Source of the DNA: Felis catus
Taxonomy: Eukaryota
Direction of reading: 5' to 3'
Assembly: GCF_018350175.1 (NCBI RefSeq)
Contig: NC_058368.1
Location: 201,130,001 to 201,194,000 of the forward strand
Length of the DNA: 64,000 bases
The notes under the pieces are model-generated. The model was not told the origin of the DNA and searched no databases. It was given only the letters and a program-made list of their open reading frames with translations. The stretch's first letter is position 1, and every line of letters begins with the position of its first letter. Position numbers and translations under genes: made by a program. Shown in pieces: positions 38,472-52,053 of this stretch.

Positions 38472-38716
38472 ACATAACATGGTGACTATAGTTAATAATA
38501 TTGTACAACATATTTGAACGATGCTGAGAGAGTAGATCTTAAAAGTAACCATCACACACACACACACACACACACACACATGAATTGTAACCAGGTGATG
38601 ATGGATATTAACTAGACTGTAGTGATCATTTCACAGCATGCACATATATCAAATCATTGTGTTATACACCTGAAACATACATAATGTTTTACGTCCACTG
38701 TGTCTCAATAAAAAAT
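38472..38716 (+). mobile_element. Short old L1 3'-end fragment
   Basis: CATGGTGACTATAGTTAATAATA..AGAGTAGATCTTAAA..CTCAATAAA; TSD TGCCAATCTC at 38462 and 38717; internal (CA)n. Confidence 0.85.
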
Positions 38717-38855
38717 TGCCAATCTCTGTCACGGATGGAAGCAAGATCAGAGATACTTAGCTAACAGGTGGTAGTGCTGGGATCCATATCCAGGTCAGAC
38801 TTTACCAGGTAAGAGCCCACATTCTTAGCCATTTTAAAAAGATGCAGAAATTCAC

Positions 38856-39327
38856 TTTTTTTTAATAATTGAAGAGTAGTTGACATTCAATGCTATATTA
38901 GCTTCTGGTGTATCACATGGTGATTTGACAATTTTACACATTATTCAATGCTCATCATGATAAGTGTGGTTACCGTCTGTAACCATCCCACATTATTATG
39001 GTGCAACTGACTATATTTCCTATAAAGTACTTTACATCTCTGTGACTTACTTATTTTGTAACTGGAAGTTTGTACCTCTTAATCCCTTTCCCCTATCTCA
39101 CCCCTCCCCTCTGGCAACCACCAATTTGTTTCACATCTTTAAGAGTCTGTTTGCTTTTTTGTTTGTTCATTTATTTTGTTTTTCAGATTCTACAATAAGT
39201 GAAATCATCTGGCAACTGTCTTTGACTTATTTCACTTGGTATGTTCTCCAGTTTCATCCATGTTGTTGCAAATGGCAACATCTCATTCTTTTTTATGGCT
39301 GAGTAATATTTTGTTACATACATACAA

Positions 39328-39379
<52 letters not shown>

Positions 39380-42300
39380 CATATCTTCCTTATCCATTCA
39401 TCTGTGGATGGATACTTTGATGGCTTCCATTATTTGACTATTGTAAATAATACTGGAATAAACACAAAGGTGCATATATCTTTTCAAATTAGTGTTTTCA
39501 TTTTCTTTGGGTAAATATCCAGCAGTGGAATTACTGGATCATATGGTATTTCTATTTTTAACTTCTTTGAGAAAACTCCATACTCTTTTCTGCAGTGCTT
39601 GTACCAATTTACATTCCCACCAACAGTGCACAAGGGTTCCCTTTTCTCCATATCCTGGCCAACGTTTGTTTGTTATTTTTTGTCTTTTTGATACTAGCCA
39701 TTTTAACTGGTATGAGATAGTATCTCATTTTGAATTGTGTTTCCCTGATGATTAGTGACATTGAGCATCTCTTCATGTGTCTGCTAGCCATCTATATGTC
39801 TTCTTTGGAAAAATGTCTATTCCGGTCCTCTGTCCATTTTTTAACCTGATTGGGTTTTTTTTCTTGGTATTTAATTATGTAAGTTCTTGATGTGTTTTGG
39901 ATATTAACCCCTTATTGGATACACCATTTGCAAATATCTTCTTCCATTCACAAGCTTGCATTTTGTTTTCTCTTCATAGTTTCCTTTCCTGGACAAAGGC
40001 TTATTTTGGTATAGTCCCAATTACTTTATTTATTTATTTATTTACATATTTACTCATTCACTTACTTATATTTTTTCTTTTTTTCTTTTTTGCTTTTGTT
40101 GTCCTTGCCTAAGGAGATATATCTATAAATATGTTGTTACGGCTGATGTCCAGCAGATTACTGCTTATGTTTTCTTTTAGAAGTTTTAAGATTTCAAGTC
40201 TCACATTTAGGTTTTTAACCTATTTTGAGTTTATTTTTGGTGTGGTGTAAAAAAGTGGTTCAGTTTCATTCTTTTTCATGTTGCTGTCCAGTTTTCCCAA
40301 CACCTATTTATGCAAAAGACTATTTTCCCCATTGTAAATTCTTGCCTTCTTCATCACAGATTAATGGACCATATAAATGTGGGTTTATTTCTGGACTCTC
40401 TGTCCTGTACTATTGATCTATGTGTCTATTTTTGTGCCAGTACCATACTATTTTGATTACTGCAGCTTTGTAGTAGAAATCTCGGATTATGATCCCTCCA
40501 ACTTTGCTCTTCTTTCTCAAGATTGCCTTGGCTATTCAAGATCTTTCATAGTTGATACGAATTTTACAACTACTCTTGTTCTGTGAAAACAGGTTATTGG
40601 TATTTTGTTGAGAATTGCATTGAATCTGTAGATTGCTTTGTGTAGTGTGGACATTTTAACAATATTGTTTAATTCAATCCATGAACATGGAATATCTTTC
40701 TATTTGTTTATGTTGTTTTCGATTTCTTTCATTAATATCTTATACTTTTCAGACTATAGGTCTGAATTTAACCTCCTTGGTTAAATTTATTCCTAGGTAT
40801 TTTATTCTTTTTGGTGCATTTTAAAATGGGATTATTTTCCTAATTTTTGTTTCTGTTCCTTTGTGATTAGTGCCCAGAAATGCATCATATTTCTGTATAT
40901 TAATTTTGTATCCTGAAATTTTACTGAATTCATTTATTAATTCTAATAGTTTTTTGGTGGCATATATAAGGGATTTTTCTATTTGGTATCATATCTACAA
41001 ATAGTGGCACTTGTGCTTCTTCCTTACCTATTTGGATGCCTTTCATTTCTTTTTCTTGCCTGATCACTGCGTTTAGGATTTCCAGGAACCATGTTGAATA
41101 TAAGTGGTGAGAGTGGACATCCCTGTCTTGTTTCTGACTGTACAGGAAAAACTTTCAGTTTTCTCCATCAAGTATGATGTTAGCTGTGGGTTTTTATTAT
41201 GTTGAGATATCTTCCCTCTCACCCACTTTGTTGAAAGTTTTTATCATGAATAGATATCATATTCTGTCAAACATTTTTTGCATCTATTGAGACAATCATA
41301 TGCTTTGTATCCTTTTTGTTAATATGATGTATCACTTTGATTTGCAAATATTGAGCCACACTTGCATCCCTGGAATAAATTCCACTTGATCATGATTAAT
41401 GATTCCTTTTAATGTATTGTTTTACAAATACAAACTGAATTCAGTTTGCTAATATTTTGCTGGAAATTTTTACATTTGTATATATCAGGGATATTGTCCT
41501 ATAGTTCTCTCTCTCTCTCTCTTTTTTTTTTTTTTTTTTTTTTGCAGTGTCTTTGTCTTTTAGAATCAGGGTAATGCTGGCCTTGTAGGATAAATTTGGA
41601 AATTTTCCTTCTTCAATTTTTTGGAATAGTTTGAGAAAAACAGAAATTAACTCTTCTTTAAATGTTTGGTAGAATTCACCTGTGAAGCTATCTAGTCCTG
41701 GACCTTTGTTTGTTTGTTTGTTTGTTTGTTTGTTTGTTTGTTTTTGATTACTGATTCAATTTGTTAGTACTAATTGGTCTGTTCAAAGTTTCTATTTCTT
41801 TCTGAGACAGCTTTGAAAGATTGTATGTTTCTAGGAACTTACCCATTTCTTATAAACTATCTAATTTGCTGGTGTATGATTTTTCATAGTGTTTTCTTAT
41901 ACGTTTTTGTATTTCTATGGTGCCTACTGTTAATTCTACTCCTTCATTTCTGATTTTATTTATTTGAGTTCTCTCTCTTTTTTACTTAATGAGTCTGGCT
42001 AAAGGCTTATCAACTCTGTATATCTTTTCAAAGAATCAGTTCTTGGTTCTATTCTATTCTATTCTATTCTATTCTATTCTATTCTATTCTATTCCATTCC
42101 ATTCCATTCTATTCTATTCGTTCTTGGTTGATTTTTTCATTTTTTTTAATCTCTAGTTCATTTATTTCTGTTGTAATATTTATTATTTATTTCCTTCTAC
42201 TAGCTTTGGGCTTTGTTTGTCCTTCTTTTAGTATTCCTTTAAATGTAAGGTCAGGCTGTTTATTTGAGATTTTTCTTGCTGCTTGAGGTTGGGTAGGCCT

Positions 42301-43680
42301 GTGTCACTATAAACTTCCCTCTTAGAACTGCTTTTGCTCCATTTCAAAGATTTTGGATATTTCAAAGAAATGTGTTTCATTTTAATTTATCTTTATATGT
42401 TTTCATCTATCTCTACGTATTTTAATTTTCTTCTTGATTTCTTCATTGACTAATTTGTTGTTTAGTAGCATGTTAGTTAGCCTCCATGTGTGTATGTTTT
42501 TTTCAGGTTTTTTTTTTCTTGTAACTGACTTCTAGTTTCATCCCATCATAGTCAGAAAAGATGTTTGATACAATATCAATCTTTTTAAATTTATTGACAT
42601 GTTTTGGGGCCTAACGTGTTCTACTAGGGAGAATTGTCACATGTGCATTTGAAAAGAATGTGCATTCTCTTGTTTTGGGATAGAATGTTCTGTATATATC
42701 TGTTAAGTCTATATGCTCTAATGTGTTGTGCAAAGGGATTGTTTCTTTGTTGATTTTCTGTCTGATGATCTAATCCGTTGATGCAGGTGGGGTGTTACAG
42801 TTTCCTTCTATTATTGTAGTACTGTCAGTTTCTCCCTTTATGTCTGTTAATATTTGCTTTATGTATTTAGGTGCCCTGTGTTGTGCGCATAGATATTTAC
42901 AAATTTTATATTCTTTTGTTGGATTGATTCCTTTATCATTACATAATGTCCTTCTTTGTCTCTTGCTACAGTCTTTGTTTTAAAATCTATTTTGTCTGAT
43001 ATAAGTATTACTACCCTGGCTTTTTCTTCTTTGCTTCCATTTGCACAGAATATCTTTTTTTATCCCTTCACTTTCAGTGTGGGTTTGAAGTGAGACTTTT
43101 AAAGGCAGCAGATAGATAGGTCTTGTTTTTTTTTATCCACTCAGTCCCCCTATATCTTTTGATTAGAGCATTCCGTCCACTTACATTTAAGGTAAATAGA
43201 GATAGATATGTACTTACTGACATTTTGTTAATTGTTTTCTAGTACTTTTAGTTCTCTATTCCTTTATTCTTGTCTTCCTGTCTTCTCTTGTGGTTTAATG
43301 GCTTTCTTTACTGTTGTGCTTGCATTATTTTCTCTTTATTTTTTTGTGTATCTGGTATAAGTTTTTGATTTGTGGTTACCATTGGGTTCATATATAACAT
43401 CCTATTTGTATAACAATCTATATTAATGGTTGCTTAAATTTGAACACATCTTTAAAGCACTACATTTTTACTCCCTCCTCCACATTTTATGTTTATAATG
43501 TCATATTTCACATCTTTTTATTCTTTGTATCCCTTGAATAATTTTTGTAGATATAATTGATTTTACTGCTTTAGTGTTTGCTTCATAAGTTATTAATCCA
43601 TTCTATTTAATACACATTAGTTTTTATGTGTGAAATTTTTTCCTAATTTTTTATTTCTAGTCATGGATTCCTCTTTCCAG
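38856..43680 (-). mobile_element. ~4.8-kb 5'-truncated older L1 (most of ORF2 plus 3'UTR), degraded
   Basis: Minus fragment [45 protein letters not shown] (RQGCP motif) near 41115; internal (AT)n, (GTTT)n and (ATTCT)n expansions. Confidence 0.92.
42047..42118. repeat. (ATTCT)n/(ATTCC)n pentanucleotide repeat within L1
   Basis: Read directly from sequence. Confidence 0.92.
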
Positions 43681-45332
43681 TTAGAGGAAATTCACTATTT
43701 TTTTAATAGATTGCTTGAATTAGTGACGTGAACAATCTCTGCACTTTTTCACTAGCTCATTAATTGTTTTTGTTTAAATTTATTTTTGCTCTCATCAAAC
43801 TCTATCTTGCTTATCCACAGTACTGCTATCCTTTTTCCACTAGTATTACATTTCTGTTTTCTTTTGTTTTTTTTTTTTTATCCAGGGGATTATTTGTGTG
43901 GAGAGAAGCTATTTGATTCACCTGAAGTTTATTTAGATTTGGTGAATCTATTGCTCAAAAAATCAGCTTGTTACTTCAATGGCATACTACAGACGAATAG
44001 AGTATACATTTCATAAAAGATCTCTCAGATTATTTCCATATTTCAGAGTAATAACTTGTGATGGGAAAAGCAGAAAGGCTTCTGAAGTTCAGCCTGGATT
44101 ATGCAGGAATAAAAAATGAAGTAATAATGATGACCTCATAGGTTCAGGCAACAGGGGTTGACTGATGCGGTTAAGATTTCTGTAGGCAGATCAGGGCAGT
44201 GTATTTCACAGGGATATCATCGTCCACAAGAGCAAGAGTAGTGTCAGCAGTCAAAGCTCCTAAACTATCGCCCAGCCTGTCAACACCAAGCTATTCAAAA
44301 TGGCGTCATTCAGCTTGAGACTTTTTTCCTAATGCACCATTTCAGGTTTCTTTAAGGCGTGGGGGAGAGGGGGGAAGAAACTCAGTGCATTATTTCACAT
44401 GCGAAAGCAATGATTTGAGAATAATTTAAAGTAGATTTCTAGAAAATGTTCTAAAATTTCAGTAACGAAAATGTATGCCCAAAGTATATAGCTTTTTAAA
44501 AGCAAAATCAAATCTCTTCATTTTTTGTCAGGATTATTTGACCAGTTCTGCTGAATTTTGCTATTGTAAGTAAATCATTTTGCCAGTAAATAATTAAAAT
44601 GAAATGGAATTAGACAACAGAACCTATAAGTAAACAAATATTTGAGACTGTTTATATTTCTATTAACTAGTTAAGAATATAAATGGGAAATTTCTCTTTG
44701 CCAAGTAATTCATTGAAGGTCTTAATCAATTTCAAATAAAAACCTCACAGTTTAAGTCTAATTATATCACTTTCAATTTGAAGCATAGTAATTATTAGCT
44801 CTTTTCTTAATTAATATTTTCAACATTGCTACACTAATTATCTACAGATTTTTAAGGCGGTATTTAAGAATATAAGTCCAAAAGAGACGATGTATTCCTA
44901 CTGGTATTTAGGCTAGTTGCCAATTTGTCTCCTTTCTGACAATGCTGGCTTTGAACCAGGAATAGAGAAAGGAACAGCTGACATTTGGAAAACAAAACTT
45001 CATACTCCATCAATATTTTAAATAATGGCTACAAAAAGCAGAAATAAGAACTATATTTTTAAATTTAATGTAGCACATCTGGTCACTGTTCTACAATTAA
45101 TGTTCTACTTTTTAAAATGAAATTTACCCAAAATCATAGTTTTACAAACTAAGGAATTTTACCAACATTTTTAAAACAAAATAATGATTCTTTCTGTTAG
45201 TACCTAGCAATCATGATTATTAAAACATAAATACAAATGATAAAATATTGATGGTTGTTTAAGCCAGGTGATTGATAAATGGAGGCTTATTGTACTTTCT
45301 ACTTTTCATCATGTTTGGGAAGTTTCATAATA

Positions 45333-45516
45333 AGTTTTTTTAAAGCTTTATTTATTTATTTTGAGAGACAGGGGTGGGGGGAGAGAGAATACCAAGCAGT
45401 CTCCGTGCTGTTAGTGCAGAGCCCAATGTGAGGCTTGATCTCACAAACCATGAGATCATGACCCGAGATGAAATCAAGAGTCAGATGTTTAATCAGCTGA
45501 GCCACCCAGGCACCCC
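45333..45516 (-). mobile_element. CAN-SINE, older
   Basis: Reverse SINE head GAGCCACCCAGGCACCCC; TSD TCATAATAAGTT/TCATAGTAAGTT. Confidence 0.9.
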
Positions 45517-45886
45517 CTCATAGTAAGTTGTCTTGTTTGTTTGTTTGTTTTTAAGAAAAATACATAAACATAAGAGATCATGTTTCTATACTGATGGAAC
45601 TATGAAAGAGATTCAATCAATTTTAAGTTAAATAAATCTTTAGGAGACCTAATGAATGACAGAGCTCAAGCCTTTACTTCTGAAGTTCTTATTCTGAAAA
45701 TTTTAATAAAAGAATTATTGAAGTTCAAGCCCAGCAAACACTTAATTCAAGTTAAAATAAAGCTTAGACAAACATGTCTAATTTTTGAAAAACGGAAAGC
45801 TCTGATTCCGTGCTAGTCTGTTTTGGATAACTCATCATACTAAAGAATATTGAAACCTAATGAGAGAGAAAAAAAAAAAAATTCAC

Positions 45887-45981
45887 CTGGCCAATTTTAC
45901 TGTTACACTAACAGCTTCCTTTTTGAAGTCTACCTCTGGCTGCTGTTTTCCATTGTGAAGGTTCTTTCTTAAAGAGGCGAG
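45887..45981 (-). other. Candidate exon (95 nt)
   Basis: Strong acceptor TTTGTATTTACTTTTACAG| and donor CAG|GTGAAT; one open frame LASLRKNLHNGKQQPEVDFKKEAVSVTVKLA. Confidence 0.4.
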
Positions 45982-48862
45982 CTGTAAAAGTAAATACAAA
46001 GGCTCCATCTGAGCTGTGCAGTGGGACGATGCCTAATCCATTAAAATAAGCCCTGGGAATTTTCAGAAAGGTTAGAGCTTTAATGCCTTTTACCTGTGCC
46101 AAATTTGTTCTAAGTCCCCAATGTCAAAATTATAGATAGGCCCTCCAACCTGTGTCAGCAAATGTTTTTAACTTCTCCACACCAGACTATATCAAACAAC
46201 TATCAGAATTGACGAATTTGAGGAGCAGCTAATAGAGCTGTTAGTGGACAATAAGACGACCAAGAGGTAAAAGTACTAACTGGAAAAAGAAGAACCAAAG
46301 AGCCTAAATAATTCTCAACCTGTATACAGTAGCAATTAGTGATAAAAAATGAGTGTAGCCAAGAGAAAAATTTTTAATGCCAATTAACACTAAGATTATA
46401 ATTTAATTTAAATACATGTCAACTGTGCATTTGAGCCATATTTTGGTTTCCAATACACAAGTCATTCCTCTGATATTCTAGTAAGATTTTCAAGTGGCTC
46501 TATAGATGGGGAGCTCAAATTGTTCAATGCAGATAAAAGGGATATCTAAAAGAGAAAGGAGAAGGGCTATGTGTTAATAAGAAAAATCCTAATGGTACAA
46601 TGGGTTTAAATCCTGACCTACGATGTGTTTTGTAAAGGAGCTAACTTGTAAGTGATTTTTTCCCTCCTCCTGATCCTTCACCAAAGCATCTTCAAAATGC
46701 GTTTGGCTTCTCTTTATTCTCTTGGTTTCATGGATCCACCCGCCGTTTAAGAAACAAAGGATCAGTGATTATATAAGTGCACAAGCAAGCACACAGAAAG
46801 ATAGGTGTATACATTTCCCAATTGTTTCCTATTTTATCAAATGTGTGAAGGCTCACAAATGTATTGTTGTTTTTTTTTCATTATTTAATAAAAACTGGTA
46901 AGTACAAAAACAAATTTAAAATAATATCACCCAAAAGGACATTTTGTGGACAGAAATCCTAGCATTAATGAGAACAGAAGAGTGGTAGATAGGTTGATGG
47001 GATACACCCTTAACATTAGCCTTCTCTGAGAGTCTTCTTCCTCTGCAATTTTGTAATTCCAAATATTCTCCTTCCTATGAGAAAGAAGGAAAGTTCCATG
47101 GAAACAGGAATTTGTGCCTGTTTTTCTTCAGTATTGCATTCTTCAAACCTGCACAGAGTAGGTGCTTGACAAGGACTTACTGAATAAAAGAATGAATGTT
47201 CTTAATATTACTGAGATGATAGAGTGATAATAGATTACACCTCATTTTAAGTTTCCATAATTTGGAATTTCAATATGTATTACATCTTTCTTTAAAGGTT
47301 AGGCTTTCCATTTCAATTTCTTCTTCTAGAAATCTACTACTCATAGGGTAATTTAAGGAAATAAAATACTTATAAAGAACAAGGAAACCACTTTCCCTTT
47401 GTGACTATAAAATGAAGCCAGAAAATAATTGAGGTGGCCATCCTAAATTACACTTCATTTGGGATAGTCTTTCGGGATAGCATCTAATGATGAATGTTAT
47501 ATTTTTGGCTACATAGCCCAACTTGGTTTTCTCGAAGCCCTTGCCAGCATTCTTTTTTGGCAAGGTGGGAATGGGAAGTAGAAGTGAAGGGTTTACATAT
47601 TTGGAAAAACTTTTTCCCGAGAACTTCTACTTAGTAGCACAATTATTATAGCTCTGTTTTCCTAGGATAACTTCCTCAGTGATTGATGTCCTACTTTATA
47701 GATTATAAACCTGTCCTCAATATAATTTTGGTATTCCTTTGATGATCTGTATTTAGCTGAATTTGCTACCTAACAGATGCCTGAATATTTAGAATCCCAA
47801 AGGACTACAATATCCTGTGGTTTCAAATTCCTGCGCAGTTGATCCAACAATTCTTATTTTGTTCTTGCTTTCCTACCATCTCAGGAGCCAGTGGCAGGTG
47901 CTCATTAGAGCTTATTCTCCATTTGCATACAGTTAATCCAAGTGGGACCCCAGAACAACAGCTTTTCCTTTTTTCTCTCCTTGGATTGATACCTCGTGTG
48001 GGCTCGTTTGCTTGTTTGTTTGTTTTTTCTACAGTCAGAATTTCTTTTCATCTGCCTTTGAATATCTTTTATATAAAAAAAAGATAAAGGAATTCTGACA
48101 AGATGATACATATGCAATAAATTTTAAGGGAAAAATAAAATATAAAATATGAATTCTTTGGTTCACTAGCTTTATGTATATATGGATCCACTTACTAATT
48201 TAGACTGATATGAACATAAAGGCAAGATAGAGTAAGAACAGTGCGCATGAACAGTCAGATTTTCAACCAACTATAGTATTTGTAAGGGGCTTATAGATCC
48301 AGAGTATCTAGTGCATGGAATTAAAGACCAGGAAAGAACAAGCAAATTTCAGATAATATATCTGAATTCAGATCGGCAAAGTGCCTTAAACCCTGAAACT
48401 AAATTCTAAAATAAAAGTTTTACTTTTACTCAAAACTTTCAAGCCATTAAAAGTGTATTTAAATAAATTTTGGTATTGTAAACATATGTAAAACCCATAT
48501 TCGGACTACAGCAGTCTGAAGGACAGTGAGTGAAGGACACTGTATAAAAGATTATATAATCAATAGAATCATTCTACACATTTTTCAGTAAACTAACCAG
48601 AAGAACCAAAATTCAAATGACTAAAATTAATCAAACATTTAAAAAAGGTAAACCGAGGAACTGGGGAGGAAGGGGCAAGAAAAAGGGGTCGACAGAAGAA
48701 CAAAAACTGGTTAATGCTTATAAGTAGGGGGAAATAATCGGTGACATAATTAATTGTACTTCTAAGTAACTAATCAAATTTTATTTAGGGGGAAAGTTCT
48801 ACCTAGTTTATTTCATTTAATAGGAGGTGGTTCAACTAGTTGATCTTAACTTGAATTTTTGC

Positions 48863-49080
48863 GGTGGCACCTGTATGGCTCAGTTGGTTAAGCGTCCAAC
48901 TTTGGTTCCGGTCACAATTTCACGGTTTGTGGGTTCAAGTCCCATGTTGGGCTTTGTGCAGACAGCTCAAAGCCTGGAGCCTGCTTTGAATTCTGTGTCT
49001 CCCTTTCTCTCGGCCCTCCTCCACTCACGTCCTGTCTCCCTCTCTCTCTCACTCAAAAATAAACATTAAAATAATAATAA
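48863..49080 (+). mobile_element. CAN-SINE
   Basis: Diverged SINE head and tail; TSD TAACTTGAATTT at 48847 and 49081. Confidence 0.92.
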
Positions 49081-49399
49081 TAACTTGAATTTCCATGGCT
49101 TAAGATTATATGTATATTCCATGGCTTAAGATATATGAAAACAGAAATTTTTAGGTTATTTTAATCACACCATAATCAACTGCAAGGGTGTAAGTAACAC
49201 ACAATCCTAGTTACAAGTCTTTCATTTCCTAATGAAGTCATGGTTAACCAATATTCCACATATTAACGACTCTAGTCAAGATGTAACAACTTTTTTGAGA
49301 ATAAAATGACTAACAAAGGTAGAAATTATGCCTAGGCATACGTTAGTGAGTTTTTGAACTTTAGCTGAAGTAGCAATACAACAGCTCCAGTAACCATTT

Positions 49400-50670
49400 A
49401 GTCCACCCTTAGAACATGACAGGCCCAGTGCCATCAATCTATAGGAAACGAAATTGTTTTTGGCACAAAAAACTTAAAATCTAGCGGCAAGAGTAGGAGA
49501 TACAGGCAATAAATGAAAATAAAACTAAATAATTTTAGGTATTGATAAGTGCTTTTTTCAAAATAAATAAATTAATTTACATGCTATAGAGTAATTAGAG
49601 GTTTGTTTTCGTTAGGAAACTTTGGGATGACTTCTCCGAGAAGGCAACATTTGCATTAACACCAAATGGAATGAGAGGAAGGCAACCAAAACAAACCTGG
49701 GGACAAGATTCCAAGCACGTGGTAAAAGCTTCTAGATAGGAACAAATGTGAAATATTTGAAAGTCAGAACAAAGACCAGTGTGCTAGAATAGAATCAGTA
49801 AGAGCAGGGGGATGAGACCTGTCAGGTAGACAAGGAGGTCTTGGGGAGATCATGGAGCCTTGTGAAGAGTTTGGATAGAAATATAATTGTAACAGTAAAC
49901 AATTCAATGTTTACCTTTAAGCCGGGTAGAACATGGTTAATGCATTATGATCATTATGGTTGATCATATGATCACTATGATCATTATGATCACTTTGGCT
50001 GTTAGGTGGAAAGGAAAAACGGGACTGCAGCGGCACAAGTGTGGAGGTAGGGAAACCAGTTGTAGTCGACAGGCACGTGACAGTAGTGCCTTGGACAGGG
50101 ATTGCAGCAGTGGAAATGGCAAGAAGTATATGGGTCAAGGCTATATTTCGGAGGTAGAGCTAACTGAAGTTAGTGAAGGATGGAGTGTGAGAAGGCAATC
50201 AACCGTGAGTCCCAGGAGTTTAGTCTTAGCAACTAGATGGAGGATGGTGCCATTAACTGAGAAGAAAGGGGCTTAAGGAGATTATTCAGACTTTTGTTTT
50301 AGTTACATTAAGGCTGTGATGTCTATTAGACTTCCCGGATGTGAGATAGATACATGATTCTGGAACTTAAGAGAAAAGTGTGGGCTAGAAAGGTGATAGA
50401 AATCTGAGTCATATCAGCATATAGGCAGCCTAGGGCTAGTATATGAAGTTCTAGAAGACCTGATAAGACTGTTTATACTCTCCCAGAACAAGAACACGCT
50501 AGAGGAAGTGGCCAGTGAGATAACAGAAAAACTTAAATCAGGTCAATGGGTATCTTAGAACCTGAGGAAGAAAAATCCTCTCAAGAAGCAAGGAGTCAAC
50601 CCCACCAAACACTGCTAACATATCAAGACTAGTGAGGTTTGAATAAGTTTTAGGTCACTGACGACTTTTA
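49400..50670 (-). mobile_element. L2 relic
   Basis: Typical L2 motifs (GATCACTTTGGCTG, GATGGTGCCATTAACTGAGA, GTGATGTCTATTAGAC); approximate. Confidence 0.75.
49611..49722 (+). repeat. Left arm (source) of a perfect 112-bp inverted repeat
   Basis: Exact reverse complement of 53417-53528, compared base by base. Confidence 0.97.
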
Positions 50671-51517
50671 TGAACGTGCTAGTCCTCATAAAATCCTGTT
50701 AAAATGTGAATTACTCTTTCTCACTTTACAGATGAAAAACATAACCTTGGGAAGGCTTAGCTCTGACTAACTTCTCATAATCTTACTGACCTTAGAGACC
50801 ATGCATTTATCTGCTCTACTATGACTGCCTCAAGTCATTTGCAGAAACAAGTAGAGTTAAACAGTGTTTAAAATCTACTCCATACATATTATAGGTTTTA
50901 GTTTTACTTATGTAATACATTCGTTGAGAAAGTATGGAACTCTTTAGTCAGTAACTGCAGACATTAAAAGGGAATATTGCAGTTACCACAAGTCTCTATT
51001 CTCAGGAGGAAGATAGTACCTGGAAATGTCAGTTGAGAGTCCCAAATGTCTAAAGAAAATCTTGGGACACTTAAAATTGAAAACCTTTAGGAGGAGGTCT
51101 CCAAAAATACAAAACCCATTGTGTTTTTTTGAAAAAGAGAAGAGTACTTTCTTTGCTCCCTGATTCCTTTGTACATAGAGTATGACATGCATCTGGAAGC
51201 GCATCTTTAAAGTATTCATTTTTATCCTACTGTTCACAGATATGTACTGAGCAGTAGGAGGTTCATTTGTGCCCATCACATGCTCAGAGTAAAAAGGGGA
51301 ATTTGGTCCACTTTTATATTCCCATGCTCATTTTTTCCCTAAAATCTCAAAAACTAGTACACAGCTAATAGAATGAGTTATGAACGTTGTTCTCTCTTTT
51401 GCTTGAAAAAACTTTACCGAATTTAAATACATTATTGCTGATCTGAATATATGAGCCTTAGGATGAGTATCTACATATATTTAAGAATAAGGGGGCTAAA
51501 AAAAAAAAAAGAATAAG

Positions 51518-51733
51518 GGGGCTGCCTGGGTGGCTCAGTCGGTTAAGCACCCGAGTTCGGCTCCGGTCACCATCTTGCAGTTTGTGAATTGGAGCCCCGT
51601 GTCAGGCTCTGTGCTGACAGCCTGGAGCCTGCTTCTGATTCTGTGTCTCCCTCACCCCCTGCCCTCTCCCACGCACACTCTGTCTGTCTCTCTCTCTCAA
51701 AAATAAATAAACATTAAAATTTTTTTGAAAAAA
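51518..51733 (+). mobile_element. CAN-SINE
   Basis: GGGGCTGCCTGGGTGGCTCAGTCGG head, (CT)n, AATAAA tail. Confidence 0.93.
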
Positions 51734-51808
51734 GAATTAGGAAACAGAAATTTTCAGGTTATTTTAATCACACCATAAAAAAAATAAAAAGTCTAAAAAT
51801 GGGATTCA

Positions 51809-52053
51809 GGGGCACCTGGGTGGCTCAGTCGGTTAAGCGGCCGACTTCGGCTCAGGTCATGATCTCGCGGTCTGTGAGTTCGAGCCCCGCATCGGGCTCT
51901 GTGCTGACGGCTCAGAGCCTGGAACCTGTTTCAGATTCTGTGTCTCCCTCTCTCTCTGACCTTCCCCCATTCATGCTCTGTCTCTCCCTGTCTCAAAAAT
52001 AAATAAAAAACATTAAAAAAATTTACAAAAATAAAAAAATAAAATAAAATAAA
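51809..52053 (+). mobile_element. CAN-SINE, young
   Basis: CpG-rich head; perfect TSD TAAAAATGGGATTCA at 51794 and 52054. Confidence 0.96.
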
